Below, piece after piece: positions 20,448-30,840 of a stretch of 64,000 bases of DNA; the first letter of the stretch is position 1, and every line of letters begins with the position of its first letter. Position numbers and translations under genes: made by a program. Below the pieces are notes generated by a model. It ran no database searches and had not been told where the DNA came from. It was given only the letters and a program-made list of their open reading frames with translations. The stretch is from an uncultured Chloroflexia bacterium. GTDB taxonomy: Bacteria > Chloroflexota > Limnocylindria > Limnocylindrales > CSP1-4. The stretch is from contig CAVVYR010000001.1 of NCBI GenBank assembly GCA_963752475.1, positions 160,001 to 224,000 on the forward strand, read 5' to 3'.

Positions 20448-20960
20448 TCAGCCGTCGTAGCCGGCGTCCGAGAAGTACGTGTGAACGGCTTCGATGAACT
20501 GCCGTCGAGCCGCGTAGAACTCCTGCTGGCTCTGCTCCCACGTCTCGGTCTTGTGGAACTCGTGACGAGGCTTGCCCTGGGCGGCATTGCCCATGTTGAC
20601 GACCGAGGTCACCAGCGCGTTGGCTGAGCTCACCACCGACTCATCTCGGAGCAGGACCTCGATCTCGCCCTGTTTGCGCCAGAGGTCTAGCGGCTCGTCG
20701 ATATCGATCGGCTCTGGCTCTGGCGCCCCGTTGTCTCCGGCCGTGCGCGATTCCTCGACCTGGTCTCGGATCCGCCACCAATGCTCGTGGGCGCTGGCCA
20801 TGAGCTGGCGGAAGGCACGGGCCTTCTCGTCGAAGAACCTCGTGCCGCGCTCGTTGCGCGTCTCGAGGACGTGCCCGGTCCAGGCCGCGGCCACACCGCC
20901 GACGGCGGAGATGATCGAGCCGATGAGCAGGAAGATGCCGGCTACCACGAGCGTGTCCAC
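20448..20960 (-). CDS. Hypothetical protein with N-terminal TM helix
   Basis: ORF with coding-like composition. Confidence 0.55.
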   Translation of the reverse strand: MDTLVVAGIFLLIGSIISAVGGVAAAWTGHVLETRNERGTRFFDEKARAFRQLMASAHEHWWRIRDQVEESRTAGDNGAPEPEPIDIDEPLDLWRKQGEIEVLLRDESVVSSANALVTSVVNMGNAAQGKPRHEFHKTETWEQSQQEFYAARRQFIEAVHTYFSDAGYDG

Positions 20961-21043
20961 GGCCGGACTCTACCGCGTCCGCCGGCCCGAGGGCAGGCCA
21001 CGAGCGCTGAACGCGCCCGGCGCCCGTTCGAATCGCAGTTCGG

Positions 21044-22120
21044 TCAGGTCGGCGGCCGCTCGGGGTGCGGCTCGCTCTCGCGCCCGTCAGCGGCGCTCGA
21101 GATGCCGCGCATGAGGCGACCCAGGATGTCGGCGCCGGTGATGATGCGCGGGTCATCGCCCCACAGAAGCACGACATCCTTGTCGATGACATCGTCCTCA
21201 CTGCGCTGCCCGGCAGCCTGCAGCCGCCCGATGACGTGACCCAGCGGCATGGTGGGATCGAGCACGATGACCGGCCGATGGCAGTGGTGCGCCACCACCG
21301 CCTGGGATCCGTGCACCACCACATCGCGCACGAACCCGTCAGCATCGAGCGCCAGGCGCGGTTCGCCGGCCGGGTCGGTCAGGATGGCCCATTTGCGGCC
21401 TGAACGATTGACGCGCTCGACGAACGGATCATCGATGCCACGCACGTCCGGCAACGCCAGTCGCGTCTGCCCAGGCTCTCGGAAGGGCAGGTCGAGGACG
21501 CTCTCGGCATCGAGCGGCTCGCCCTCCTCGGCCACGGTGATGTCGTCAAGCGCGAGGAAGTTCAGGGCTCCCATGGCCTCGACGTAGTCGACCTCGGCCG
21601 CACCGGGTTCCTCCATGTGGTGGTGGATCAACTGTCGCAGCTCTTCCTCGCGATAGAAGGTGACCTCCTCGCGTCCGAGGAGCACATCGAGCATGCGTGC
21701 CGAGGGCAAGGCCACGGGCAGCAGCAGGAGCTGGTAGACACGCAGCACCGGCGCCAGCAGGGAGGCCATGCGCAGGGCATGGCGTGAGAAGTAGGCCTGG
21801 GGCAGGATCTCGCCGCCGAAGGTGATGATGACGGTGGAGAAGATGAAGGCGAGGGCCCCGAACAAGACCGAGCCCACCAGCAGGGTGAGCAGGACGTTGA
21901 TGGCCACGTTGCCCCACAGGATCGTGGTCAGCAGCCAGCTGGCGTCCTTGCGCATGGCCAACACGCGGACCGCACGCTGGTCGCCGTCGCCCGCAAGGAT
22001 CTCCAGCTGCAGACGGCTGAGGCTGAAGAAGGCCAGGTTGAGCCCCGAGAACATCGCCGACTGCGAGAGGCAGAAGAGGACACCCAGCCAGATGAGGAGG
22101 TCGCTCTGGGCGAGATCCAC
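21044..22120 (-). CDS. CNNM/DUF21 membrane protein with degenerate CBS region
   Basis: SAMFSGLNLAFFS, LLTTILWGNVAIN, GEILPQ. Confidence 0.88.
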   Translation of the reverse strand: MDLAQSDLLIWLGVLFCLSQSAMFSGLNLAFFSLSRLQLEILAGDGDQRAVRVLAMRKDASWLLTTILWGNVAINVLLTLLVGSVLFGALAFIFSTVIITFGGEILPQAYFSRHALRMASLLAPVLRVYQLLLLPVALPSARMLDVLLGREEVTFYREEELRQLIHHHMEEPGAAEVDYVEAMGALNFLALDDITVAEEGEPLDAESVLDLPFREPGQTRLALPDVRGIDDPFVERVNRSGRKWAILTDPAGEPRLALDADGFVRDVVVHGSQAVVAHHCHRPVIVLDPTMPLGHVIGRLQAAGQRSEDDVIDKDVVLLWGDDPRIITGADILGRLMRGISSAADGRESEPHPERPPT

Positions 22121-22191
22121 TAGCGAACGTGCCGCGCCGGCTTGGAGGGCGCTCGATGCTGGGAGCGGGTGCGGGCGTCGTTGCTCACCGT

Positions 22192-22827
22192 GTGCCGTAT
22201 CGTAGTACGCGGCTCGTACCTGACGCCGAGCCGCAACGCGTGGACTTGGAGTGGGAGCGCATCGTGCTCGATCGACTGTTCGGCGCCGATGACGTTCCCA
22301 TCGCGGACTCGGAGGCCGACCCGGAACCGCCAGCTGACCCGGAACCCGACGACGACCTCGCCAGCATCCGCCAGGCGATCTCGGAGACAGGCTCGCTCAC
22401 CTCGGAGCGACGGCGGTTCCTGGCCGGCTACGCCTACATCCTGGTGCGTGTGGCGCGCGCGGATGGCGTGATCAACGACGACGAGATCGCCGCCGTGGAG
22501 TCGGCCGTCATCGAGGCCGGGGAGCTGCATGAGCCGCAGGGCGTGCTGCTGGTCGCACTCGCCAGCCGGATGAACTCCCTCTACGGCGCCACCGAGGACT
22601 ACGCCTTCACACGCGACTTCGCTCGGCAGTCCTCACCGCAGCGACTGCAGCGGTTGCTGCGGGCCTGCGTCGTGGTCGGGGCGGCGGACGGCCCCATCAC
22701 GACGACCGAGGCGACCGAGCTGCGCGAGATCGGTCGCGAGCTGGGCTTCACGAGCGAGGAGGTCGACGCCATCCGCGACCAGATCGACACCGGCCCGCAT
22801 GAGGCGCCCGAAGCGACGGACGAGTAG
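22192..22827 (+). CDS. TerB-family protein
   Basis: VARADGVINDDE and AADGPITTTE; start uncertain. Confidence 0.75.
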   Translation: MPYRSTRLVPDAEPQRVDLEWERIVLDRLFGADDVPIADSEADPEPPADPEPDDDLASIRQAISETGSLTSERRRFLAGYAYILVRVARADGVINDDEIAAVESAVIEAGELHEPQGVLLVALASRMNSLYGATEDYAFTRDFARQSSPQRLQRLLRACVVVGAADGPITTTEATELREIGRELGFTSEEVDAIRDQIDTGPHEAPEATDE

Positions 22828-22944
22828 CTTCCGACGCGAAGATGGAACCCGGCGGGGGTTGCCATCGCTCATACCCTCACGTAAGCGCCGAACCCACGGC
22901 GCACTGCTTTGGGAGGCTCATCCTGCCTCGGTTATACTGCAAGT

Positions 22945-23181
22945 ATGAAGACGGCCGTGTCGGTCCCGAGCGAGATCTACGAAGAGGCAGAGGAGCTGGC
23001 GCGCAGGACTGGCCGAACGCGCAGCGAGATCTACAGCACCGCTTTGCGCGACTACCTCGCTCACCACTCGGCCGATCCGACCACCGCTGCGATGGACCAG
23101 GCGCTCGACGAGATCGAGCCCGAGCCCGATCCCTTCCTCGAGTTCGGCGCCCGTGAGACGCTGTCGGGGTCCGAGTGGTGA
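22945..23181 (+). CDS. RHH/CopG-type antitoxin
   Basis: MKTAVSVP..RSEIYSTALRDYL; overlaps the toxin gene. Confidence 0.85.
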   Translation: MKTAVSVPSEIYEEAEELARRTGRTRSEIYSTALRDYLAHHSADPTTAAMDQALDEIEPEPDPFLEFGARETLSGSEW

Positions 23182-23519
23182 TCAGCCAGGGGGACGTCTG
23201 GTGGACCGACCTGCCTGACCCCGCTGGCTCGGGCCCGGGCTATCGGCGACCTGTGGTCGTCGTGCAGGGTGACCCGTTGAACCGCAGCCGGATCTCTACG
23301 GTCGTGTGTGCGGTCGTGACCAGCAACCTGAAGTGGGCCAAAGCGCCCGGCAACGTGCGGCTCCCGGCACGAGAGTCGGGACTCAAGCAGGACTCGGTGG
23401 TCAATGTGTCGCAGATCCTGACGCTCGACCGCTCACGGCTCGCCGACCGCGTCGGCCGGGTCTCCATGTCCAGGCTGAGCCACATCCTCTCAGGGATCGA
23501 CGTGGTCCTGGGTCGCTGA
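23175..23519 (+). CDS. mazF: PemK/MazF toxin
   Basis: GDVWW..GSGPGYRRPVVVVQ..SVVNVSQILTLD. Confidence 0.9.
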   Translation: MVISQGDVWWTDLPDPAGSGPGYRRPVVVVQGDPLNRSRISTVVCAVVTSNLKWAKAPGNVRLPARESGLKQDSVVNVSQILTLDRSRLADRVGRVSMSRLSHILSGIDVVLGR

Positions 23520-23560
23520 GCAGCGTTCGCGGCCGGATCGTTGCGAGCGACGGCAGGGCA

Positions 23561-24358
23561 TCAGGGGCCGACGATGGCGAATGCGCCGTAGCCCACGACG
23601 CGGCTCGAGTCCCCGGCCGTGTCAGCCGAGTTGCGCAGGTCAAGCCGGATGATGCGGTAGCCCTGCGGTCGCGCCCAAGCCAAAGCCAGGCGAAGCGCGT
23701 CGGCACCGCAGGCGTCCTCGGGAGCGACGCCATCGACGCCCAAGGCCTCGATGGCGTCTGCCGTGCGGGCGTCCAGGCGCCGCGCGGTCGGGGCGTCGTG
23801 GTAGTGGGAGAGGTCGGTGCTGACCACGAGCAGCACGTCCGACGGGAGCGTGTCGAGCATCGCCGCTGCAGCCCACGGGGAGCCGCGGCCGACCGCTACG
23901 GGCAGCACCGGCACGGACGGCAGACAACGCTGCAGGAACGGCAGTTGGACCTCGAGGCTGTGCTCGGTCCGGTGTGGCGCCGCGTCGCTCACGACCCCAG
24001 CGCGAACCATGGCGTCGCGAATCCCATCGACCAGGCGGACCTCACCCAGCGGTGTGCGCCAGGCCTCGTGCGGCGCCGCAGACATGCCCTCCAGTGGCTC
24101 GAAGTGGCTGGGACCGAGGAGGACGATGGCGGATGGTGACGCAGTCTCGGCGAGCAGGACGTAGCCGCTGGCGGCCACCGGACCGCTGTACTCGTAGCCG
24201 GCGTGGGGCACGATCAGACCCCTGAGCGCGTCGATCCCGACGGCTGGCTCGCTCGCCGTTCTCGCCGCGGCGAGGAGGTCGTCGACCGTGGCGGCCAGCA
24301 TCTCGGCCGAGCCCGGATAGAAGGTGCCCGCGACGACCGGCTCACGCACGTCGCTCAC
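23561..24358 (-). CDS. amrB: AmmeMemoRadiSam protein B (MEMO1-like)
   Basis: VAGTFYP, PHAGYEYSG, EHSLEVQLPF, STDLSHY, VVGYGA. Confidence 0.92.
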   Translation of the reverse strand: MSDVREPVVAGTFYPGSAEMLAATVDDLLAAARTASEPAVGIDALRGLIVPHAGYEYSGPVAASGYVLLAETASPSAIVLLGPSHFEPLEGMSAAPHEAWRTPLGEVRLVDGIRDAMVRAGVVSDAAPHRTEHSLEVQLPFLQRCLPSVPVLPVAVGRGSPWAAAAMLDTLPSDVLLVVSTDLSHYHDAPTARRLDARTADAIEALGVDGVAPEDACGADALRLALAWARPQGYRIIRLDLRNSADTAGDSSRVVGYGAFAIVGP

Positions 24359-25497
24359 GAGGCCCGCCTACCCGCGATGGAGACCGGCTGGCGGCGTGAG
24401 CCCCAGTGTCCCGGCTCCGGCTCGAAGACCCCCGCACACGCCGCACCGCAGTGCGCGCAGGCGCCATCGCCAGTGAGTTGCCACTCGCCGATGCGGTAGC
24501 CGTAGCGGCCGATGAGCAACCGCTTGCACGCGTGACACCACGTGGCCTGGCCCTGGGGGTCGTCGACGTTGCCGGTGTAGACGTAGCGAAGGCCATTGGC
24601 CAGGCCGATCGACCGGGCGTGGCGCAGGGTGGCGACGGTGGTCGGCGGACGGTCACGCAGGCGGTGGTCGGGATGGAAGGCCGTGAAATGGAGCGGGACC
24701 GACGGCCCCAGGTGCTCGGCGATCCACCTCGTCAGAACGTCGATCTCCTCGTCCGAGTCGTTGAGCCCGGGGATCAGCAAGGTGGTGATCTCCAGCCAGG
24801 TGCGGCCGCGGTCGGCGATGGCCTCGAGCGTGTCGAGCACCGGTGTGAGCCTCCCGAGGCAGAACCGGCGGTAGCTGTCGTCGTCGAAGGACTTGAGGTC
24901 CACGTTAGCCGCGTCCATGGCCCCGAAGAGCTCGGCTGCCGGGCCGGGCTCCATGTATCCAGCCGAGACAGCCACGGTCCGCAGGCCGGCTTCATGGCAG
25001 GCGACGGCCACGTCCACGGCGTACTCGAGGAAGACGGCCGGGTCGTTGTAGGTGAAGGCCACGCTGCGGCAGCCGTGAGCGAGAGCGCTGGCGACGATGT
25101 CCTCGGGGGAGGCCGAGTCAGCCAGCGTGTCCCACTCGCGCGAGGTGGAGACCTGCCAGTTCTGACAGAAGGCACAGCCAAGGTTGCAGCCGGCGGTCCC
25201 GAAGCTCAGCGCAGGCGTGCCGGGCAGGAAGTGGCTGAGCGGCTTCTTCTCGATGGGATCGATGCAGAAGCCGCTCGAGCGCCCGTAGGTGGTAAGCACG
25301 ACCGCGTCGTCCTGACGAGCACGAACGAAGCAGAAGCCCCGCTGGCCCTCACGTAGACGGCAGGCACGCGGGCAGACGTCGCACTGGACCCGACCATCCG
25401 GCAGTCGGTGCCACCACCGCGTCGGGTAGGCCGGGCCGCTCGAGGCATGTTCGCTCGGTCGAACCACCATCTCATGGCCGATGGTGCGCTCAGCCAT
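24355..25497 (-). CDS. amrS: AmmeMemoRadiSam radical SAM enzyme
   Basis: DPIEKKPL, CNLGCAFC, AFTYNDP, YVYTGN, C-terminal CxxC pairs. Confidence 0.92.
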   Translation of the reverse strand: MAERTIGHEMVVRPSEHASSGPAYPTRWWHRLPDGRVQCDVCPRACRLREGQRGFCFVRARQDDAVVLTTYGRSSGFCIDPIEKKPLSHFLPGTPALSFGTAGCNLGCAFCQNWQVSTSREWDTLADSASPEDIVASALAHGCRSVAFTYNDPAVFLEYAVDVAVACHEAGLRTVAVSAGYMEPGPAAELFGAMDAANVDLKSFDDDSYRRFCLGRLTPVLDTLEAIADRGRTWLEITTLLIPGLNDSDEEIDVLTRWIAEHLGPSVPLHFTAFHPDHRLRDRPPTTVATLRHARSIGLANGLRYVYTGNVDDPQGQATWCHACKRLLIGRYGYRIGEWQLTGDGACAHCGAACAGVFEPEPGHWGSRRQPVSIAGRRAS

Positions 25498-25540
25498 CGC
25501 GGTCGTCCAGTCCCAGCGATCGCGCACGCGCCTTATGGGT

Positions 25541-25891
25541 TCAGGCGAGGCGCTCGACGAGGCCGAGGATGACGACCACGCAGCCGCCGACGCCGAGCGC
25601 GCGACGCCAAGGGTTCACACCCCGCACCAGCTCGTCGATGGCCCACCAACCGAGGGTCACCGTCCCGGCCCACTCGAGGAGCGTGTGCATCTGCGCTCCG
25701 CGATCCACCAGCTGGCGGGCGATGACCGTGCCCATCCACAGCAGGATCGGCAGGTTGGGCACATGCGCGACCAGGATGCGTCCGCTGCGCCGATCACGGA
25801 ACCACCACTCGAGCACCGAGCGCAGCGCCTGACGCGACCTGCCGTTCACGGTACGTTCGGCCTTCTCAGGCGCGGTCGGTGCGGGCTTCAT
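25541..25891 (-). CDS. Hypothetical membrane protein
   Basis: PNLP..., WWAIDELVRGVNPWRR. Confidence 0.65.
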   Translation of the reverse strand: MKPAPTAPEKAERTVNGRSRQALRSVLEWWFRDRRSGRILVAHVPNLPILLWMGTVIARQLVDRGAQMHTLLEWAGTVTLGWWAIDELVRGVNPWRRALGVGGCVVVILGLVERLA

Positions 25892-26706
25892 CCTTGACAC
25901 GATGGGCAAGCATAGAGCCGCCGCCCGGCGACCGCGCGCTTCACGATGGTATCGCCGCAGCGCGGGCAGTCGAGCCCGGCACGACCGAAGACATAGTGGC
26001 GATACTCCCACCGCGGTAGGCCCTGACTTCGCTTGCGTTCGGCGGTTCGAGGTTCGACCGTGACCCCCCGGTTGCGATACGCCCGTCGCGTCACGGTCAG
26101 CGCGGCTCGTGCGAAGCGCAGGCGCTCGCTCGGTGCGAGGTCCACGGGTCGAAGGATGGGATCGATCTGGGCGTAGAAGAGGATCTCGCTGCGCAGGTAG
26201 TTGCCGACGCCGCTGAGGAAAGCCTGATCGAGCAGCAGACCGCCCAGCATCCGTCGCCGGAAGCGGTCGTCCTCGAGCCGGCGCCGGACCCGTGAGGGCG
26301 TGGCGTCCGGCGCGAGCAGGTCGAGCCCCAGCCGGCTGAGGTAGGGATGTGCCGCCAGCCCCTCGTCGTCAAGCACATCGATCTCCGAAGCGCTATAGAG
26401 CAGCGCTGAGGATCGCCGCGTGTGGATGGCGGCGCGGAGCTGCCGCCGGGTTTGGGGCAAGACGCCCCGCTCGCGGATGAACCAGCGGCCGTAGAGCTGA
26501 TTGTGCGAGTACATCGTGGGGCCGGCCTCGAAGCGGATGAGCAGGGCCTTGCCGCGCGGCTCGACTCGCCGGACCCGCGTGCCACGCAAGGCCGACTGCC
26601 ACGGCTTGAGCACGTCGAAGGCGAAGTAGACCTCGTCGGCGACCTCGCCCTCGATGGCGCGAGCGATCCGGTCCGCGGCGATGCGGATCTCAGGGCCTTC
26701 AGGCAT
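25888..26706 (-). CDS. nei: Endonuclease VIII (Fpg/Nei glycosylase)
   Basis: MPEGPE, SHNQLYG, GVGNYLRSEIL, C-terminal Zn finger. Confidence 0.93.
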   Translation of the reverse strand: MPEGPEIRIAADRIARAIEGEVADEVYFAFDVLKPWQSALRGTRVRRVEPRGKALLIRFEAGPTMYSHNQLYGRWFIRERGVLPQTRRQLRAAIHTRRSSALLYSASEIDVLDDEGLAAHPYLSRLGLDLLAPDATPSRVRRRLEDDRFRRRMLGGLLLDQAFLSGVGNYLRSEILFYAQIDPILRPVDLAPSERLRFARAALTVTRRAYRNRGVTVEPRTAERKRSQGLPRWEYRHYVFGRAGLDCPRCGDTIVKRAVAGRRLYACPSCQG

Positions 26707-26738
26707 CGGTCACTACTCGGGCGCCTCGGCTCGTGCCA

Positions 26739-27938
26739 CTACGACGGCACACGGTCCTCGCTCGCGCCACCGTCGCGGGAGCTGGCCTCCTCTCGACCGC
26801 CACCGACCGAGCCACCCATCGCCACGGCCCGCGAGATGTCCTCTGGCAAGAGGATGCCCAGCACGACCGCAGGGTCCTCGTCGCGTCCACGCACGACGGC
26901 TCGGGTAGCGCTGCCATCGAGGCGAACGAGCACGTCCTGCACCAGCTCGTCCGCGTAGGCTTCTGGCCAACTCTCCAGCGGCACGGCCAGCTCGCCGATG
27001 CGTGTGCTGCGCCGCTCGTCGCCGCGCACGGTGCGCAGCTCCTCGAGCCCCAGCACACCCGTCACGTGCCCGCCGGGACCGACGACCAGCCAGGCTGACG
27101 TGCGTCCGTCGGTTGCTGCGGCCGCGAACGTCTCGACGGTCAGGCCGGACGGGACCCGCAGCAGCTGGCGCGTCATGATGTCGCCCACGCGCGTGCCGCG
27201 GAGCGCTTCGAGAAGCTCGGTCGAGCGTCGCTCGGCGCTGGCGGCACCGCTCAGGAAGAAGCCCAGCAGCACGAACCAGATCCCGCCGATGTCGCCGGCC
27301 AGCACGCGCAGGACGCCGATGCCGAGGAGCCCGTAGCCGAGCAACTGGCCCAGCCCGGTCGCCCACCGCGTCGCCTGCGCCTTGTCCCGTCGCAGCCGCC
27401 ATAGCAGTGCGCGCATGATGCGGCCGCCGTCGAGGGGTGCTCCCGGGAGCAGGTTGAAGATCCCCAGCACGAAGTTGACCAGCGCCAGCCAGGCCGCCGC
27501 GGCAGTAGCCAGCGCGACGAAGTCGGACGGCGGAGCGAACGCCAGCCCGGCGGCGGCAGCGGCGAAGGCGATTGCGAGCGCGAGGCTGGTCAGTGGTCCG
27601 ACACCGGCGATGCGTGCCTCCGCACCTGGCGAGCGGGCGTCGCCGTCCATGCGCGCGACGCCACCCAGCAGCCAGAGGGTGATGCCCGAGACGGTCAGGC
27701 CCTCGCGCCGCGCGACGATGGCGTGGGAGAGCTCGTGGGCCAGGAGCGACCCGAAGAAGAGGACGGCGGCGAGCACGCCGACCGCCCAGTAGAGCGCAGC
27801 GTCCAGGCCCGGCACCTGCGCCGGCAAGAGCTGACCGGCGAGGCTGAAGGCGATGAGCCAGGCGATCAGTAGCACGCTCCAGTTCACGCCGACGGGAATT
27901 CCCAGGATGGTTCCGAGGCGGAAGGATCCAAACATCAT
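26739..27938 (-). CDS. Site-2 protease (M50) with CBS domains
   Basis: HELSH, FNLLPGAPLDGG. Confidence 0.9.
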   Translation of the reverse strand: MMFGSFRLGTILGIPVGVNWSVLLIAWLIAFSLAGQLLPAQVPGLDAALYWAVGVLAAVLFFGSLLAHELSHAIVARREGLTVSGITLWLLGGVARMDGDARSPGAEARIAGVGPLTSLALAIAFAAAAAGLAFAPPSDFVALATAAAAWLALVNFVLGIFNLLPGAPLDGGRIMRALLWRLRRDKAQATRWATGLGQLLGYGLLGIGVLRVLAGDIGGIWFVLLGFFLSGAASAERRSTELLEALRGTRVGDIMTRQLLRVPSGLTVETFAAAATDGRTSAWLVVGPGGHVTGVLGLEELRTVRGDERRSTRIGELAVPLESWPEAYADELVQDVLVRLDGSATRAVVRGRDEDPAVVLGILLPEDISRAVAMGGSVGGGREEASSRDGGASEDRVPS

Positions 27939-27983
27939 GTTCTCCGAAGACACGCACCTCAGGCTGAGGTGTGTTGCCTCGAG

Positions 27984-28089
27984 TGTAGAGCGCTGTAGAG
28001 TGTTTGTCACGGGTTTTGGCGGTACCATCCCTCGCATTCGTCACACAACCTACACAAACCCTGTACAATCCTGTCTACGGTCAAGTACA
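27984..28089. promoter_or_regulatory. Putative CarH/LitR-type tandem 11-bp operator repeats in a divergent intergenic region
   Basis: ACA at 28043, 28054, 28065, 28087 (TACACA, TGTACA); TCTACA twice on the minus strand. Confidence 0.5.
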
Positions 28090-28143
28090 AGACGGCGACC
28101 CATCGTCGACGCCAACCAGACACCGAGAAGGACGAACGCAGCC

Positions 28144-28944
28144 ATGAGCGACCCACTCCAGCATGCAGACCGGGCCGGGACCGGCATCGCCATCGTCACC
28201 GGGGCGACCGGAGCCATCGGTTCGGCGACGGCCGGACGCCTCGTGTCGGAGGGGTGGCGGGTGGCGTTGGTCGCGCGTGACCACGATCGAGTGCAGGCAC
28301 TCGCCACCAGGCTCGGCCCGCAGGCCTCGCCCTTCGTGGCGGACGCCACGTCGTCGGCCGCCGTCGACACGGCCTTCAGCGGGGTCGTCGAGCAGCTCGG
28401 CTCGCCGAGCGCGCTGGTCCACGCCGTAGGCTCGACCCTGCTGCGACCGTCCCACGCCATCACCGATGACGACTTCGCCGACGTCCTCGCCATCAACCTG
28501 AGCTCCGCCTTCTACGCCCTGCGCGCCTTCGTGCGAGCGGTGCCACGGGGAACGTCCGCGGCGGCACTGTTCTTCTCCTCTTCGGCGACGTCGATCGGCC
28601 TCGTCAACCACGATGCCATCTCGGCTGCGAAGGGTGGCATCGATGGCCTCGTCACGGCCGCCGCCGCGACCTACGCTTCTCGCGCCATCCGCATCAACGC
28701 GCTCGCGCCCGGACTCGTTCGCTCGGGCCTCACGCGTCGGCTGGTGGAGAACCCGGCCACGCTCCAGGCCTCGGAGTGGATGCACCCGCTCGGCCGCATC
28801 GGTGAGCCGGAGGACGTGGCCGCCCTGGCCTCGTTCCTGGTCGGACCTCAGGCCAGCTGGATCACAGGCCAAACCGTAGCCGTCGATGGCGGTCTCTCGG
28901 GAATCAAGCTCGCCCCGCCGATGACCGCCGGTGCGAGGAGCTAG
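28144..28944 (+). CDS. SDR oxidoreductase
   Basis: TGATGAIG, SAAKGG, INALAPG, WITGQ. Confidence 0.88.
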   Translation: MSDPLQHADRAGTGIAIVTGATGAIGSATAGRLVSEGWRVALVARDHDRVQALATRLGPQASPFVADATSSAAVDTAFSGVVEQLGSPSALVHAVGSTLLRPSHAITDDDFADVLAINLSSAFYALRAFVRAVPRGTSAAALFFSSSATSIGLVNHDAISAAKGGIDGLVTAAAATYASRAIRINALAPGLVRSGLTRRLVENPATLQASEWMHPLGRIGEPEDVAALASFLVGPQASWITGQTVAVDGGLSGIKLAPPMTAGARS

Positions 28945-28946
28945 CC

Positions 28947-29435
28947 ATGTTCGAGCGCAGGAGTGGACACATCCCGCAGCTACCCCCGGTGGCGACCAAC
29001 GACCTCAACGGGGTCCGTCGCACGCTGCCCGACGGCCGGCTCAACGTGCTGCTCATCGCCTACCAGCAGTGGCAGCAGCTGGAAGTGGACAGCTGGGTGC
29101 CAGCGCTGCGGGGGCTCGAGCAGCGCCACGATGAGCTCAGCTACTTCGAGCTTCCGGTCGTGGGCGAGATGGATGTGTTCCGGCGACGCAGCCTCGACTA
29201 CTTCATGCGACGAGGCATCCCCGACCGCCAGGTGCGCTCCCGGACGCTGACCGTCTACACGGACACCGCCGGCTTCCGTGCGCCGCTGGGCATCGACGAC
29301 GAGGACCACATCGCGGTCGTGCTCGTCGACGGCGACGGGCTGGTGCTCTGGCGAGGCACGGGTCCGCACACGCCGGGTGCAGCGCGAGCGCTGGGCGCGG
29401 CCGTCGACGCGGCCAACGACCGGCATGTCCACTGA
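28947..29435 (+). CDS. Thioredoxin-like hypothetical protein (ATP10-like)
   Basis: AYQQWQQLEVDSW, MRRGIP, LVDGDG.VLW. Confidence 0.65.
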   Translation: MFERRSGHIPQLPPVATNDLNGVRRTLPDGRLNVLLIAYQQWQQLEVDSWVPALRGLEQRHDELSYFELPVVGEMDVFRRRSLDYFMRRGIPDRQVRSRTLTVYTDTAGFRAPLGIDDEDHIAVVLVDGDGLVLWRGTGPHTPGAARALGAAVDAANDRHVH

Positions 29436-29460
29436 GACCGTTGCTACCCCGGAACGAGAC

Positions 29461-30117
29461 TCAGTCGGTATCCGGCCGCGAACCGTAGACCGCATCCAAC
29501 TCTTCGACGAGACGCTTCTCATCGGGACGACGGAGCCAGACGTAGAGGAGGTAGAGCGCGACACCGGCGGTCCACAGCACCGCCAGCGCCGGGACCAGAT
29601 CCAGGAGGGCCCAGGCATCGACCTGACGGCCGATCCAGTCCAGCCCGAGGACGAAGGCCGTGACCCAGAGCAGGCCGGCGCCGCCCATGTAGCCGAGGGT
29701 GGCCGCACTCATGTGCGACGTCGGGCGCCGCAGATCGAGGGCCGAGATGGCCGGGTCATCAGGGGCGTAGAAGTAGGCCGCCTCCAGCCGGTGCGCGGCG
29801 GGGATGCCGTTCCCGCTCCGCGCGGCAAGTGCGCGTTCCACCCACTCCGCGTGCCGTCGGGCGAAGACCGTGTACCAGAAGAGGTAGCTGGCCTCCAGGA
29901 AGACGAAGGGCACCAGGAAAGGGACGATGAGCACGGCACCACCGAGTGGCCCCCACAGCGAGGCCGCCACCAGCGCCAGGGTCACGACGGTGTACACGCG
30001 CATGTGCACGAAGAACAGGTTGGAGTAGCCGTAGAGCATCCCGCGCATCCGGCGCAGCTGCTGGTCCAGCTGCTCGACCGTCAACCGCTCCCGTTCTGGC
30101 TCCGTCAGGCTTCCCAT
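29461..30117 (-). CDS. Hypothetical membrane protein
   Basis: Four hydrophobic segments. Confidence 0.65.
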   Translation of the reverse strand: MGSLTEPERERLTVEQLDQQLRRMRGMLYGYSNLFFVHMRVYTVVTLALVAASLWGPLGGAVLIVPFLVPFVFLEASYLFWYTVFARRHAEWVERALAARSGNGIPAAHRLEAAYFYAPDDPAISALDLRRPTSHMSAATLGYMGGAGLLWVTAFVLGLDWIGRQVDAWALLDLVPALAVLWTAGVALYLLYVWLRRPDEKRLVEELDAVYGSRPDTD

Positions 30118-30181
30118 GGCGGGAGGATGTCACACCGCTGAGGTGCCGTCCGGACGGATGATCATGGCGTATCGTCGAGGC

Positions 30182-30818
30182 ATGACCGACATCGTTCGTC
30201 GTCGCCCCGACGGCCCCGAGCAACCGCTCTCGCGAGCTGACCTGGACCCGGACCCCGTCCTGCAGTTGGGTCGCTGGCTCGAGGCAGCGGCCGCGGCAGG
30301 CATGCGCGAGCCGAATGCCATGACGCTGGCGACCGCCGATGCCTCCGGAGTGCCCTCGGCCCGAGTCGTGCTCCTCCGCGGGCTCGATGCCTCGGGCCTT
30401 ACGTGGTACACGAACCGCGGTTCGCTCAAGGGACGCGACCTGGCGGCCAATCCACGCGCTGCCGTGGTCTTCCACTGGGAGCTCCAGCAGCGCCAGGTCC
30501 GCGTCGCCGGTGACGTGACCGCCATCGCAGAGACCGAGGCTGCGGCCTATTTCGCCGACCGTCCCAGACGGAGCCAGCTGTCGGCCTGGGCCTCGCCGCA
30601 GGGCCAGCCCATCGCCGAACGCGGCCGAGCTCGAGGCCGCCACCGATCGCATCGCCGAGCAATATCCGGAGACGGTGCCGCTGCCTCCGTTCTGGGGTGG
30701 CTACCGGCTGACGCCTGTGATGTTCGAGTTCTGGCAAGGGCGACGCGACCGCATGCACGACCGCTTCCGCTACCTGCCTGCTCGGCAGGGATGGCGGATC
30801 GACCGCCTCGCGCCCTAG
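30182..30818 (+). CDS. pdxH: Pyridoxamine 5'-phosphate oxidase (frameshift near 30625)
   Basis: [21 protein letters not shown]; second frame FWGGYRL..EFWQGR.DRMHDR..RLAP. Confidence 0.88.
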
Positions 30819-30840
30819 CCGGGCGGGGGAGGCCGCAGCC

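Noticed and set aside
20448-23519. Anti-phage defence island (TerB, TA pair, TM protein)
   Set aside because: The genes are in mixed orientations and show no recognised defence architecture beyond an ordinary TA pair.
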